Source: a virus
Lineage: Duplodnaviria > Caudoviricetes
Length of the DNA stretch: 64,000 bases
Reading direction: 5' to 3' (one strand)
Virus record (IMG/VR): IMGVR_UViG_3300043205_000005
Span: 2,532-66,531 of that record
Shown here in pieces: positions 47,715 to 57,423 of this stretch (its first letter is position 1; every line of letters begins with the position of its first letter). Under the pieces are notes generated by a model. That model did not search any database, was not told where the DNA came from, and saw only the letters and a program-made list of their open reading frames with translations. The position numbers and the translations under genes were made by a program.

Positions 47715-47874
47715 GAATGAGGGAAGGTTATGAATGGTGTGATATTTTATTGGATGTTCCCCGTTGGATTATTGTTACTGTGTTTTCGAAATATGTTGCT
47801 GGGGAAATACGGGAAATATTTCGACGCGAGGAACCTGCGACCAAGAACAAAATTCTTTCTTACCGAAAACTCCG

Positions 47875-47907
47875 TTGATCTCACCGCAATCACCAACCTC
47901 TCGTGAC
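47875..47907 (-). repeat. Bipartite element, short form
   Basis: TTGATCTCACCGCAATCACCAACCTCTCGTGAC; shares AATCACCAACCTCTCGTGAC (20 bp) with the 45539 copy. Confidence 0.85.
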
Positions 47908-47911
47908 CTAA

Positions 47912-48829
47912 ATGAAACTGCTTATCTCTCTCGCCACGCGCAACCGCCCGCAAAAACTCCTGTCCACAATCCGGCAGTCCATCGCCAATTGGACTCATCC
48001 GAACACGGAAATGATTCTCCAAGTGGACGCGGACGATTACGCGACGCTCGGCATTTTGACCGAAACCAAACTCGATCCGCGCGTAAAGGTGAACATCAAC
48101 AAACGCGAAGACACCATCGCGGAAAAGTGGAATCGCGCGATGAAAGAACCGGCGGACGTTTACATGATTGGCGGCGATGACGATCCGGTGGTGACGCAGG
48201 GTTACGATTCAAAAATCCTTGACGCTGAGCAGTTGTTTCCTGACGGAATTGGCATGGTCTACGGCCATATGTCGAATGCCTCTTTTTCATCGATCATGTG
48301 CCCCACGCGAAAGTGGGTGGAAAAACTCGGCTACATCCTTCCGGAGTATTTTCCGTATTGGTTCTGCGATCATTGGATTGATGATATTGGGCATATGACG
48401 GGGAGAATCGTTCATGCCGATGTTCGGAGCGATCAGCGCAAGGTTGGTCAGACGCAGGAAATGCGCGAGCCGGCTTGGTGGGCCACATGGTTTGATGCCG
48501 CGGTGATGTTGCGGCGGCAAGAGGCTATTGGTGTCATCGATCATCTTGGCGAAGATGCCCTGCACAAAGCTCGGCTACAAACCAATTATCTCCGCGTCGA
48601 ATATCGTTCGAAATGGATCAACGATAATGTCCGCGCGCAAGCGCGCGGGCTTGAGGCGATGGCGTCGGCAAACTCTCTCAAGGATGAAAGGTATTTGCGC
48701 GTGAAGGAAAAGGCCGTGGCGTTAATTCCGAAGATGCTTGAGGGGATGGAGCCGCAGCAGGCCAAGGTGTTTCACGATTTGTTGGTTGTGCCGGATAAGA
48801 TTTTGTCGTTTCCGCGGGCGTTTGGGTGA
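47912..48829 (+). CDS. Glycosyltransferase (GT-A/GT2-like)
   Basis: LISLATRNR..QVDADD..GGDDD..WFCD. Confidence 0.7.
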   Translation: MKLLISLATRNRPQKLLSTIRQSIANWTHPNTEMILQVDADDYATLGILTETKLDPRVKVNINKREDTIAEKWNRAMKEPADVYMIGGDDDPVVTQGYDSKILDAEQLFPDGIGMVYGHMSNASFSSIMCPTRKWVEKLGYILPEYFPYWFCDHWIDDIGHMTGRIVHADVRSDQRKVGQTQEMREPAWWATWFDAAVMLRRQEAIGVIDHLGEDALHKARLQTNYLRVEYRSKWINDNVRAQARGLEAMASANSLKDERYLRVKEKAVALIPKMLEGMEPQQAKVFHDLLVVPDKILSFPRAFG

Positions 48830-49068
48830 TGTTTGGTTTGTCTCTATTATTTGCCGGTGCAACGCCGATTAAGCCGCCGAACCATTGGCAGTTTTTTGGC
48901 TTTAACAAACCGACAAATCAGCACAATTTGGATTCTATGTACCGACAGAGATTGAATGAATTGCCGTTAGGAGGTCGCAATGTCGATTACGGATGGTCCT
49001 ATTATGTGAACTACAAATATTTGGAGTGCTGTCACGACTTAGACGCCGCAAAGAAAGTCTGAAAAATC

Positions 49069-50034
49069 ATGCGCAAAGTCTTCATGTTCGTCCCCGGTTT
49101 CGGCCAAATCATTTCGGCCGCAACCTTCATGACCACACACGCTCTGCAACAGGCATTTGCGCAGAAGTCTATTGCAGGGTCGGTCTCGACTCTCTCGTTT
49201 CCGGACATCGCTGAACTTCGCTCGATGGCAACGACTATCTGGTACGATACGATGCCGGATAATCAGTATTTGCTGTTCATAGATTCCGACATGGGTTTTT
49301 CTCCCGAAATGGTCCTCGATATGTTCCATTTCGATGAGCCTGTCGTGGGTGCGATCTATCCGCAGCGAAACCTTCCGACTTCGTGGGCTGGATCAGGAAC
49401 CGGCGAAAGAGAAACACAACGGCGCGGCAATTTCATGGAGGTTGAGGGTGTGGGTATGGGCGTCACGCTGATTCGGCGCGACGTGATAACCGCGATGCTG
49501 CAAAAGTTTCCTGAACTGATTGACACTAAAATTGGTCTACAGCCCTACGCCAAGATTCTGCAATCGGCTGGCGCGAATCGCCTTCTTCGGGTCTTCGACA
49601 AGATGACCATTCCGGACCGCGGGGTGGTCAGCGAAGACCTGTCGTTCTGTATTCGCTGGCGGCAATGCGGAGGCCAGGTGTGGGCGGCGGTCGGCTACCG
49701 AATCTCGCACGTGGGGCCTTACGATTATGGCGCGTGCTATCTGGAACACGTCACCCAACAAGAGGCGTTAGCGCAGCAGCAGGCGGCGATGCAGAAGGCG
49801 ATTGAGGACCAGCAGATTGCGGCGGCAGAACAGGCGCGACAGCAGCCGTTGCCGTCACCTGTTAGTATTCCTATTATTCAGACAACTGACAGTTCCTCGC
49901 CGCATTTGCCATCGGCATTGCAAATGCACATGCACGATGAAGACGTGGCCCCCAAGGAATTCATCGCCCGCGCGGCTGCGGTAACCAAGCGGAATCAAAA
50001 GAAACGCGGCAACGGGCGCGCGGCGCGACGGTGA
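49069..50034 (+). CDS. Glycosyltransferase-like protein (GT-A)
   Basis: LLFIDSDM, VVGAIYP, GMGVTLIRR, SEDLSFC. Confidence 0.7.
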   Translation: MRKVFMFVPGFGQIISAATFMTTHALQQAFAQKSIAGSVSTLSFPDIAELRSMATTIWYDTMPDNQYLLFIDSDMGFSPEMVLDMFHFDEPVVGAIYPQRNLPTSWAGSGTGERETQRRGNFMEVEGVGMGVTLIRRDVITAMLQKFPELIDTKIGLQPYAKILQSAGANRLLRVFDKMTIPDRGVVSEDLSFCIRWRQCGGQVWAAVGYRISHVGPYDYGACYLEHVTQQEALAQQQAAMQKAIEDQQIAAAEQARQQPLPSPVSIPIIQTTDSSSPHLPSALQMHMHDEDVAPKEFIARAAAVTKRNQKKRGNGRAARR

Positions 50035-50070
50035 CCGATGATCGAAAGGACCACCATCAGCGACCGTGAA
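50031..50070 (-). repeat. Bipartite element, degenerate
   Basis: GTGACCGATG...GACCGTGAA; spacing 35; contains the stop of the upstream gene. Confidence 0.45.
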
Positions 50071-51216
50071 TATCAGTCCGGGATTTTTCCGATGTATGAC
50101 ATCAACGAAGGATTGAATAAAAACAAAATTATCGACGTGCCGTTCCTAGACTTATGCGTTCCAGAATCAGGACGCGCCGAACTCCTACGCGCAACAGAGA
50201 ACGTCCTGAAACACGGCCGCCTCGTCAACGGTCCCGAAGTCCACGCCTTCGAAATGGCCTTCGCCGCAAGACTAGGCCGCAAATATGCCATCGGCGTAAG
50301 TTCCGGCACAGACGCCCTCGTACTGGCGCTCCGCGCGCTCCACATTGGCAAAGGCGACGAGGTTATAGTCCCGGCCCTCTCGTTCGTCGCAACCGCCAAC
50401 GCCATCCGCATGGTCGGCGCGGAGCCGGTCTTCTGCGACATAGGTGACGACCTCAACATCGACCCGACAGAAATCAAACACCTCATTACCCCAAAAACCA
50501 AAGCCATCATGCCGGTCCACTGGGCTGGGCGCATGTGTGCCGTCGATCACATCGCAATGATCGCAAACACCTATAATCTGAAAGTCATCGAAGATGCCTC
50601 GCAAGCGTTCGGTGCAACGTTCAATGACACAACGCCCGGATTCCGCGCCGACGTGGCGTGTTTCAGCATGAATCCGATGAAGATGCTAGGTGCGCTCGGC
50701 GAAGCTGGAATTATCGCAACAGACAACAAAGAGATTTACAAACGTCTCGACCCACTGCGCTATCAAGGTGTTTGGAACAAGGAAGTCTGCCACGAACTGT
50801 CCGGCAATCATCGCCTCGATACGATCCAAGCCGCGATGTTGCTTGTCCGATTGGCTAATTTCAATAAACTGCTCGATACTCGGCGCAAGATCGCACATTT
50901 CTACGACGAACGACTAAAGGGGGTCGTCTCTACCCCGAAGGAATGGGCACATGAAAAACTGGCTTATTATACCTACACAATTCAGGCAGACCAGCGCGAC
51001 AAATTGAAAGACTATCTCGCGATCAAGGGAATCGAGACTAAGATTCAACATCCTATCTTGATGCCGCAGCAGCCGCTTTACAAAGGGAATGCGCGTGGAA
51101 CTTGGGCAAACGCGGGTGCTTTGATGAAGCGAGTTCTCTGCATCCCGTGCCACGAAAAAATGTCAGACGAGCAGATTTGGCATGTGGTCAATAGCATCGC
51201 GGAGTTTTACCGATGA
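50038..51216 (+). CDS. DegT/DnrJ/EryC1/StrS PLP sugar aminotransferase
   Basis: SSGTDAL, IMPVHWAG, IEDASQA, FSMNPMKMLGALGEAG, NHRLDTIQAA. Confidence 0.92.
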   Translation: MIERTTISDREYQSGIFPMYDINEGLNKNKIIDVPFLDLCVPESGRAELLRATENVLKHGRLVNGPEVHAFEMAFAARLGRKYAIGVSSGTDALVLALRALHIGKGDEVIVPALSFVATANAIRMVGAEPVFCDIGDDLNIDPTEIKHLITPKTKAIMPVHWAGRMCAVDHIAMIANTYNLKVIEDASQAFGATFNDTTPGFRADVACFSMNPMKMLGALGEAGIIATDNKEIYKRLDPLRYQGVWNKEVCHELSGNHRLDTIQAAMLLVRLANFNKLLDTRRKIAHFYDERLKGVVSTPKEWAHEKLAYYTYTIQADQRDKLKDYLAIKGIETKIQHPILMPQQPLYKGNARGTWANAGALMKRVLCIPCHEKMSDEQIWHVVNSIAEFYR

Positions 51217-51361
51217 ATCAATTTTGTGAACAACTCTCGTCTGCATTTCAGTTGCCATGCGGCAATGCGTTTGGACTTACCGTTCTCTTTGTGTTGGCGT
51301 TTTTCGGAGTTGGATTGTGTTGGTGGTTTGTTCTGACGAATGATTATGAACGGGACCGCCG

Positions 51362-51865
51362 ATGACTGCCGTATTTCGCAACATCGGCCCGCTCATCGAA
51401 GTGGACGACGCTACAATCGACATGCTCATTGAAGCTGCGGGCACAGAGCCCAAGCGCCGCGCTAGGCTCAACTTGCACAATTCGGACGATGATCTGTTGC
51501 ACGAAATGATCATCGCTTTCCGCAAGGATTCGCTGAACATGCCGCATCGGCATGTGGGTAAGAGCGAGTCGATGCACGTGATTCGAGGGCGTGTCGTTGT
51601 GATTTGCTTCGATGATGCCGGCAGTCCCACGCGGCGAGTAACGCTTGGCCGCGATCCCCTTCAAACAAAATGGGGACCGCAGGCGCCGATAGTCTTCCGC
51701 ATGGCCGCACCAATCTGGCATACCGTGATTCCGCTTGATGACGTGGTCGTGGTTCACGAAACCACCAACGGCCCGTTCGTGCCTGGACATAATATGGAGA
51801 TTCCGCCATGGGCGCCGCAGGAGAATGAACTTGCGGCGTGGGTGGAAGCGTTGAGGGCTGTATGA
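51362..51865 (+). CDS. WbuC-like cupin-fold metalloprotein
   Basis: RARLNLH..LHEMIIAF..PHRH..ESMHVIRG..WHTVI..ETTNGPF. Confidence 0.8.
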   Translation: MTAVFRNIGPLIEVDDATIDMLIEAAGTEPKRRARLNLHNSDDDLLHEMIIAFRKDSLNMPHRHVGKSESMHVIRGRVVVICFDDAGSPTRRVTLGRDPLQTKWGPQAPIVFRMAAPIWHTVIPLDDVVVVHETTNGPFVPGHNMEIPPWAPQENELAAWVEALRAV

Positions 51866-52110
51866 GCCAGTTCAGCGAACGCCAAAAGGAACTGATAGAA
51901 AGTTATTTTGCCCTTCGACAAAAGTCCAGTTTGAAGTATCAAGCCGCGCGCTTCGAGGGGAAGAAATGGCATTCCGTAGGCAAGACCATGGTTCGCCGCA
52001 GCGACGATGATTGGAAACTTGTTGTCGGAAAAGTGGGAAACGACGTGGAGGTCTGTATTGTTGATCCAAAAGGAACTGAAAAGACTTTCGCGCAGCCGGT
52101 GAAAATATGA
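51862..52110 (+). CDS. Hypothetical protein
   Basis: ATGA-coupled ORF. Confidence 0.4.
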   Translation: MSQFSERQKELIESYFALRQKSSLKYQAARFEGKKWHSVGKTMVRRSDDDWKLVVGKVGNDVEVCIVDPKGTEKTFAQPVKI

Positions 52111-52189
52111 CAATCAGCAAAAAATCTCTCGAAATCCTCAAACAAACCGCCGAGGAATTTAAGGTGGCCTTAGAGAGGCTTGCCAAGCG

Positions 52190-52849
52190 ATGAAAATATT
52201 CACAGTAGGTGCCAAATGCCACGCTCGCATTCTGCGCCGAATCATCATGGCCGAACCGCACGTCGGAGTTCTGCACGAATTTCCCGTAGTTTACGACGCC
52301 GATAAAACAACCGAAGCGCCGTGGTTAAATTGTTTCTTATTTTATGAATTGGATAATGCCATCACCGCCGCCAAGCAGTCGTGTTCTCATTTTATTGTCG
52401 CCATAGGGTCAAACGGCAAGCGCCGCGCCGAACTCTCTGAGCAACTGGTTCGGTTAGGGTTAGAACCCGTTTCCGTCATCCACCAAACCGCCCATATCGG
52501 CGAAGAAACAAAAATCGGCCGCGGCGCGCAAATTCTGACGAACGTGAACGTCGGCGACGAAGTGACGATAGGCGATTGGTGCATGATGCACGCCACAAGC
52601 TCGGTGGAGCATCAAAGTGAAATTGGAAACGGTGTGACGATCATGGCTGGAGCTTCGCTGATGGGCGAAGTGACCGTGAAGGACTATGCGATTATCGGCG
52701 GCCATTCCACCGTCATGAAATCGACGATCGGCGAAGGTGCTACGGTCGGCGCTGGGGCTGTAGTGACGAAAGACGTTCCGCCCGGTCAAACAGTCGTCGG
52801 CGTTCCTGCGGAAAGACATTGGCCGCAGCAGCAAAGGCAGATGGCATGA
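52190..52849 (+). CDS. NeuD/PglD-like sugar O/N-acetyltransferase (hexapeptide repeat)
   Basis: IVAIG..R, SVIHQTA, hexapeptide repeats, GAGAVVTKDVP..VGVPA. Confidence 0.85.
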   Translation: MKIFTVGAKCHARILRRIIMAEPHVGVLHEFPVVYDADKTTEAPWLNCFLFYELDNAITAAKQSCSHFIVAIGSNGKRRAELSEQLVRLGLEPVSVIHQTAHIGEETKIGRGAQILTNVNVGDEVTIGDWCMMHATSSVEHQSEIGNGVTIMAGASLMGEVTVKDYAIIGGHSTVMKSTIGEGATVGAGAVVTKDVPPGQTVVGVPAERHWPQQQRQMA

Positions 52850-53292
52850 TGGGTCATCGTCTTCTCGCGCGTACTCAGTCTCAGTGCGGTCACCCAATCG
52901 CTCGTAATTGGTCGATTTGCGATAGCATCCTCCATCAGTGTTTCGATACTTTGATGTTGGTGGGGCTGCGTGACCGCCTAAGGTGCCCGAACTGTGAAGC
53001 AGTCGGGACATGGAAACCACATGGTGGATGGTGCGATTTGCTGAGCGATTGTCTGCCGAACGAAAAAACCAAAAAATTCTTTGCGCTCTTGGCCAAGACT
53101 GGCGCGCGCTATGCGACAGAGCGGCGATGGGTCTGCAAATACTGCGGCTTTACCCACGATATAAGCGGCACCCACATGGGTGCTCCGAACGGCAAGACGA
53201 AAGTGTGGGATGGCATTTGCGCCGATAGTCTGCCTACGCCTAAAGAAGCCGTTGAAAAACTTTGCGGTTCGGCTTGGCCATGGAGAGGATGA
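52846..53292 (+). CDS. Cys-rich hypothetical protein
   Basis: CPNC and CKYC pairs. Confidence 0.45.
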   Translation: MMGHRLLARTQSQCGHPIARNWSICDSILHQCFDTLMLVGLRDRLRCPNCEAVGTWKPHGGWCDLLSDCLPNEKTKKFFALLAKTGARYATERRWVCKYCGFTHDISGTHMGAPNGKTKVWDGICADSLPTPKEAVEKLCGSAWPWRG

Positions 53293-53428
53293 TGTCAGAC
53301 CGCCGCACCAGATACCGAAACGGCGCCTGCTGGCGCCGGGCTCAATTCTTTCGTGCGACATACGTCAGTTTGTGGATGGAACAAGATTGGGTGTGGCGCG
53401 TTGCCCCTTAGCATTAGGAGATTTGGTC

Positions 53429-53608
53429 ATGTCACGCGGTTTACTTTTTTGGGTTATATGGGTCATCTGCGTTTTGATTTGGGCCGGCGTTAATTTCGGC
53501 GGCATGGGCGGTCAGTACGCCGCACACATGGCCGGCGGCGGCGTCATCGAGTTCGTTTTGTTTGGACTGCTCGGCTGGCAGGTATTTGGTCCCGTTGTCC
53601 ACGGTTAG
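53429..53608 (+). CDS. Small two-TM membrane protein
   Basis: AGGAG RBS; hydrophobic ends. Confidence 0.6.
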   Translation: MSRGLLFWVIWVICVLIWAGVNFGGMGGQYAAHMAGGGVIEFVLFGLLGWQVFGPVVHG

Positions 53609-53727
53609 GATAAACTGGCCGCTCATTGGCGTCATCGGCGCCGGCGTCGTTTTGGCCTGTTTACTGACTTGGATAACGTCGCTGATCTGGCCGCCACCAC
53701 ATCCGTTTTTCTGGTAAACGACGATGG

Positions 53728-53770
53728 GTGACCGAGTCCGGCGCCAATCCCACGAAGGCCCTCTCGTGAC
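53728..53770 (-). repeat. Bipartite element, long form (reverse)
   Basis: GTGACCGAGTCCGG...GAAGGCCCTCTCGTGAC; spacing 38. Confidence 0.9.
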
Positions 53771-53857
53771 CCAAACACTTGTCCACACCTTCCTCAAAAA
53801 GAATCTCTTGACGGCTTTCAAAAAATAGATTCAACATACGAGACATTCAAAGAGGCT

Positions 53858-53955
53858 TCCCCCGCGCCGGGGGATTGACCCTCTCCATCTGACCAAGCCG
53901 CGCCGGTTTGGTTCCACCCTCCCACACTCTGGCAGCGCCTGCCGGGTCGGGTCAA
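53858..53955 (+). ncRNA. Structured leader with three GCGCC-loop hairpins
   Basis: TCCCCC-GCGCC-GGGGGA; ACCAAGCC-GCGCC-GGTTTGGT; GGCA-GCGCC-TGCC; closing helix TTGACCC/GGGTCAA. Confidence 0.6.
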
Positions 53956-53977
53956 AAACCCCGCTCGGAGTCCTGCC

Positions 53978-54583
53978 GTGGCAAACACGCAAGCGACATT
54001 TGGTTTCAAGCACCAGGGCTATCTGTCCGGGGGTGCTCCCGATTATCAACTTTCCAGCTATGCCATCCAATCCACGAACGCTTCGACGATTGGTTTTGGT
54101 GATGCTGTTATTGCCGCAAACGCTACCTCGGCCTTCATCGTCCAGGCCACGGGTGCCCTTTCAACTACCACTCCGCTTATCGGCATATTCCAGGGCTGCG
54201 AATATATCCCGTCAGGTGGAGGCGCCCCGCAGTGGTCGCCGTACTATCCCGGCAATACGGCCCAGAACGCCACGGCCTACGTCATCGACGCGCCGAACGC
54301 CAAATTCCTTGTAGCTGCGCTTAATACCGCAATCGTGTCCACCAACATCGGCAACGTCATCAACTTCACGACCGGCGCCTGCGCCACGGTCGGCGGCGGC
54401 TTCGCGGTCGCGACCATCGATCAATCGACCGCAACGACGACGGGCACAACGGCGTCTTTCCTTCCATTCCGAATCCTCGGACTCTACCCCGGCGTCGGAA
54501 ACGGTTCCGATCCGACCACCCCATACAACTGGGCCATCGTCGGCTTCAACTTCCAGATTCACCGCAGCAACGTCGGCAACTAA
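53978..54583 (+). CDS. Capsid decoration / minor capsid protein
   Basis: MANTQATFGF..GDAV; directly upstream of the MCP region. Confidence 0.6.
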   Translation: MANTQATFGFKHQGYLSGGAPDYQLSSYAIQSTNASTIGFGDAVIAANATSAFIVQATGALSTTTPLIGIFQGCEYIPSGGGAPQWSPYYPGNTAQNATAYVIDAPNAKFLVAALNTAIVSTNIGNVINFTTGACATVGGGFAVATIDQSTATTTGTTASFLPFRILGLYPGVGNGSDPTTPYNWAIVGFNFQIHRSNVGN

Positions 54584-54594
54584 GGGGAACGACA

Positions 54595-55158
54595 ATGGCT
54601 GATCCAATCGTTGACCCGCTCGCACCGCCGTCCCCTCCTGCGCCGGGAACCGTCGGGCCTGTCGTTACTCCGGCCACCCCGTCGATTTTTTCGCAACCGA
54701 CAGCGCCTCCGGCTGTTCCATCGGCGCCGATTACTCCCCCTGCTCCTGTCGAACCAACAAAACCAAAGGCGGCTTATTTGATCGTTGAGCCTCTGGAAAC
54801 TCCGACATCGGAAATCCCTGTCGCTGACGGCAAAACCATCCCACCCGGCAAGGAACAAATCGTCGCAACAGGCGACCTCACTGTCGTCATGGTCAAGACG
54901 ACTGGTTCGGTGAGGGTGCATCGGTGGAATGGTGTCAAGCTACCAAAAGACGCGGCCGATCTTTCGGTCGTCGAAGTTCATCGCGACCCGGCCTCAACTG
55001 GTCCGGATGTCGCGGTGTTTCCGAACAAAGACGAGCGAATCGGAACGCTCCCGGTCAACGACGGCAAAAACTCCAGCGCATGTGCAGTCGGAGTCGGATC
55101 AAACAAACCCGTTTCATTCCGAAAAATGTCAAAGACCCTTTGGGTCGTTATCTCATAA
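54595..55158 (+). CDS. Pro-rich hypothetical protein
   Basis: GGGAA RBS; Pro/Thr-rich N-terminus. Confidence 0.5.
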   Translation: MADPIVDPLAPPSPPAPGTVGPVVTPATPSIFSQPTAPPAVPSAPITPPAPVEPTKPKAAYLIVEPLETPTSEIPVADGKTIPPGKEQIVATGDLTVVMVKTTGSVRVHRWNGVKLPKDAADLSVVEVHRDPASTGPDVAVFPNKDERIGTLPVNDGKNSSACAVGVGSNKPVSFRKMSKTLWVVIS

Positions 55159-55169
55159 GGAGCAGATAA

Positions 55170-56084
55170 ATGCCCGTCGCACTTGCTAATATCCGCTCCG
55201 AACTCCTGCCTGGCCTGTTCGATGTCAGGGGTTCCTATGACATGATCCCGCGACAGTGGGACAAGGTCTTCACCACGCACAAATCGAACATGGCGGTCGA
55301 ACGCTCCACGCAGATGGCCTTTGTAGCTCTGCCGTATCTGAAAGACGAGGGCGCAGCGACTCAGTTCGACAACAACGCTGGTGAAAGATTTACTTGGGCA
55401 TTCGTGCATCTGGAAGTCGCGCTCGGCTACGCCATCACCCGCAAAGCCATCGACGACAATCTTTACAAGGCGCAATTCAACCCAACGAATCTGAAACTGC
55501 AAGAAGCCTTCGCGCAGTTCAAGGAAATACAGGGCGCCAACATTCTCAATCTTGGTACCACGTACCAGAATTCCATCATCGGTGATGGCCAGGCTTTGTT
55601 CTCTGCGTTGCATCCCTACGACGGTGGCACGTGGGCCAATACTTCAACTACGCCCAAGAGCTTGAACGAATCGACGCTGCTTGCCGATATGACGAATGTC
55701 AGAACGCAGTTCGTCAACGAACGCGGCCTGCGTATTCTATCTCGTGCAAGGCGCCTTGTCGTTCCACCGAACCTCGAACCCATCGCGATCCGCCTCACCA
55801 AGACGGAATTGCGCCCCGGCACCGCCGACAACGATGTGAATGCCATCCTGACATTGTCGGGCGGTCTGCCGGAGGGGTTCATTGTGTTGGACTTCCTTAC
55901 GTCCAATTTTGCGTGGTTCCTCACGACGAATATTGAGGGGCTGATTCACATGCTCCGGATTCCTTACGAGAGCGATATGTGGGTTGATAATGTGACCGAC
56001 AATCTTCTCGTCAAGGCCTATGAACGTTACAGTTTTGGCTATAATGATCCTCGGGCAGCCTGGGGCGAATTTCCAACTTCATAA
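55170..56084 (+). CDS. Major capsid protein (Mu gpT-like, HK97 fold)
   Basis: IRSELLPGL..KDEGAATQFDN..ALGYAITRKAIDDNLY..ERYSFGYNDPR; AAGGAG RBS. Confidence 0.85.
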   Translation: MPVALANIRSELLPGLFDVRGSYDMIPRQWDKVFTTHKSNMAVERSTQMAFVALPYLKDEGAATQFDNNAGERFTWAFVHLEVALGYAITRKAIDDNLYKAQFNPTNLKLQEAFAQFKEIQGANILNLGTTYQNSIIGDGQALFSALHPYDGGTWANTSTTPKSLNESTLLADMTNVRTQFVNERGLRILSRARRLVVPPNLEPIAIRLTKTELRPGTADNDVNAILTLSGGLPEGFIVLDFLTSNFAWFLTTNIEGLIHMLRIPYESDMWVDNVTDNLLVKAYERYSFGYNDPRAAWGEFPTS

Positions 56085-56121
56085 TTGAACAGCGCAACAC
56101 AACGAGGCTTCGGAGAATCCG

Positions 56122-57408
56122 ATGGCTGAAACCAACTTCCGAGGCCCCCTGAACGCGATAGGTTCTCTTGAAGTCGAAGCGGGCACCGCCGCGACGATTG
56201 AGCCTTTTGACGGGCCCAGCGGCTTCTATCAGACAATAGCGATGCTCGATCCGCGTTCGGCACCCTTTGCGAAGGATGGTACGAGTCCAGGCCGGGCGCC
56301 AGCCTTTCTCGCCAATCCGGATTTTTGGGCATGTGATAACAAGCCGCAAGCTACGAACGCGACCTGTCTTGCGGCTTCGGCTGTACAGACGAGCTTGGTT
56401 GCGATGCCATTGGCGACGACTCAGGTCTCGAATCCGAACGCGGGTTCTCCGTTTATCGCGGTTGGTGTTCCGATTCTTCCTCAAGGGACCACGACTATCG
56501 TCAACGTGATTGCGTTGGATTTTGGGTTTTCTACCGGGACCACGACGGCAAATTCTTCGACGGTTGCGGTTTACGATTCGACCAAATTCACGCAAGGTCA
56601 GTGGATTTGCATTGGCGGCGCTGGAGCGGCGAACCAAGCGAGTTTCTTCACGCAGGTTCAGTCGATCGGGACGTCGAATACCACGACGATCACAGTTGCT
56701 CCGCTTCCGCCTGCCGCTTCCTCTTCGGCGCCGATTGGGCAGGCCAATATCTTCGGTGCGGGATTGTATCCGCCTGCGACGCAGTTTGGGCCATCGGCGG
56801 TTGCGGCGACTTATCACAGTCCGAATATCCAAGCTGGGCTGTTGAGGGTGCATAATTCCGCCGAGACCTTGGCGCGGAACGTTTCGGTTACGCTCGCGAC
56901 GGGTGGTGTTGCGACGGTCGTGACGTTCCTTGTGTCGGGTTACGACGTGTGGCGCGCGCCCATGACTGAGCTTATCTCGGTTCCGGCCACGACTTCCGCG
57001 ACCACGGCATATGGACAGAAGGCGTTCAAGTATATTGCCTCTGTCACGCCGCAGAGTGCTTCGACGGGTGGAAATTCCTACGCTGTCGGTATCGGTGATA
57101 CGTTCGGATTTCCGTTCCGTGCCGATGAATGGGAACAAACCAATAGTTTCTGGGCGGGTACTGCTTCGGCAAATTCTACCGGATTCACGGCTTGTGCGAC
57201 TGCGGTCCCTGCTACCAATACGACTGGTGACGTTCGGGGTACGATTCAGGTTGGTGCTGCCGGCAAAGGTTCGGCTGTTACTGGCACCCTGTCTGCTAAT
57301 GGAACGTCGCGGCTTGCGCTGATCCAGAATCTTGGAATTTGGAACGTTGTGTTCGGGACTCCCAACAATACGGTGCCGATGTTCGGCGTCGCACAATCCA
57401 CGACTTGA
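56122..57408 (+). CDS. Virion structural protein
   Basis: MAETNFRGP start typical of post-MCP genes; Thr/Ser/Ala-rich. Confidence 0.55.
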   Translation: MAETNFRGPLNAIGSLEVEAGTAATIEPFDGPSGFYQTIAMLDPRSAPFAKDGTSPGRAPAFLANPDFWACDNKPQATNATCLAASAVQTSLVAMPLATTQVSNPNAGSPFIAVGVPILPQGTTTIVNVIALDFGFSTGTTTANSSTVAVYDSTKFTQGQWICIGGAGAANQASFFTQVQSIGTSNTTTITVAPLPPAASSSAPIGQANIFGAGLYPPATQFGPSAVAATYHSPNIQAGLLRVHNSAETLARNVSVTLATGGVATVVTFLVSGYDVWRAPMTELISVPATTSATTAYGQKAFKYIASVTPQSASTGGNSYAVGIGDTFGFPFRADEWEQTNSFWAGTASANSTGFTACATAVPATNTTGDVRGTIQVGAAGKGSAVTGTLSANGTSRLALIQNLGIWNVVFGTPNNTVPMFGVAQSTT

Positions 57409-57423
57409 TAGGAGGCCGTTATC

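Noticed and set aside
49031-49061. GTCACGAC...GAAAGTC possible degenerate element
   Set aside because: Spacing 26 and a weak second box; left out of the feature list, although flanking skew would fit.
53431-53466. GTCACGCG...GGTCAT as partner of the 53728 element
   Set aside because: Spacing 31, no internal TGA/CCGG, and it is simply the first codons of a membrane ORF.
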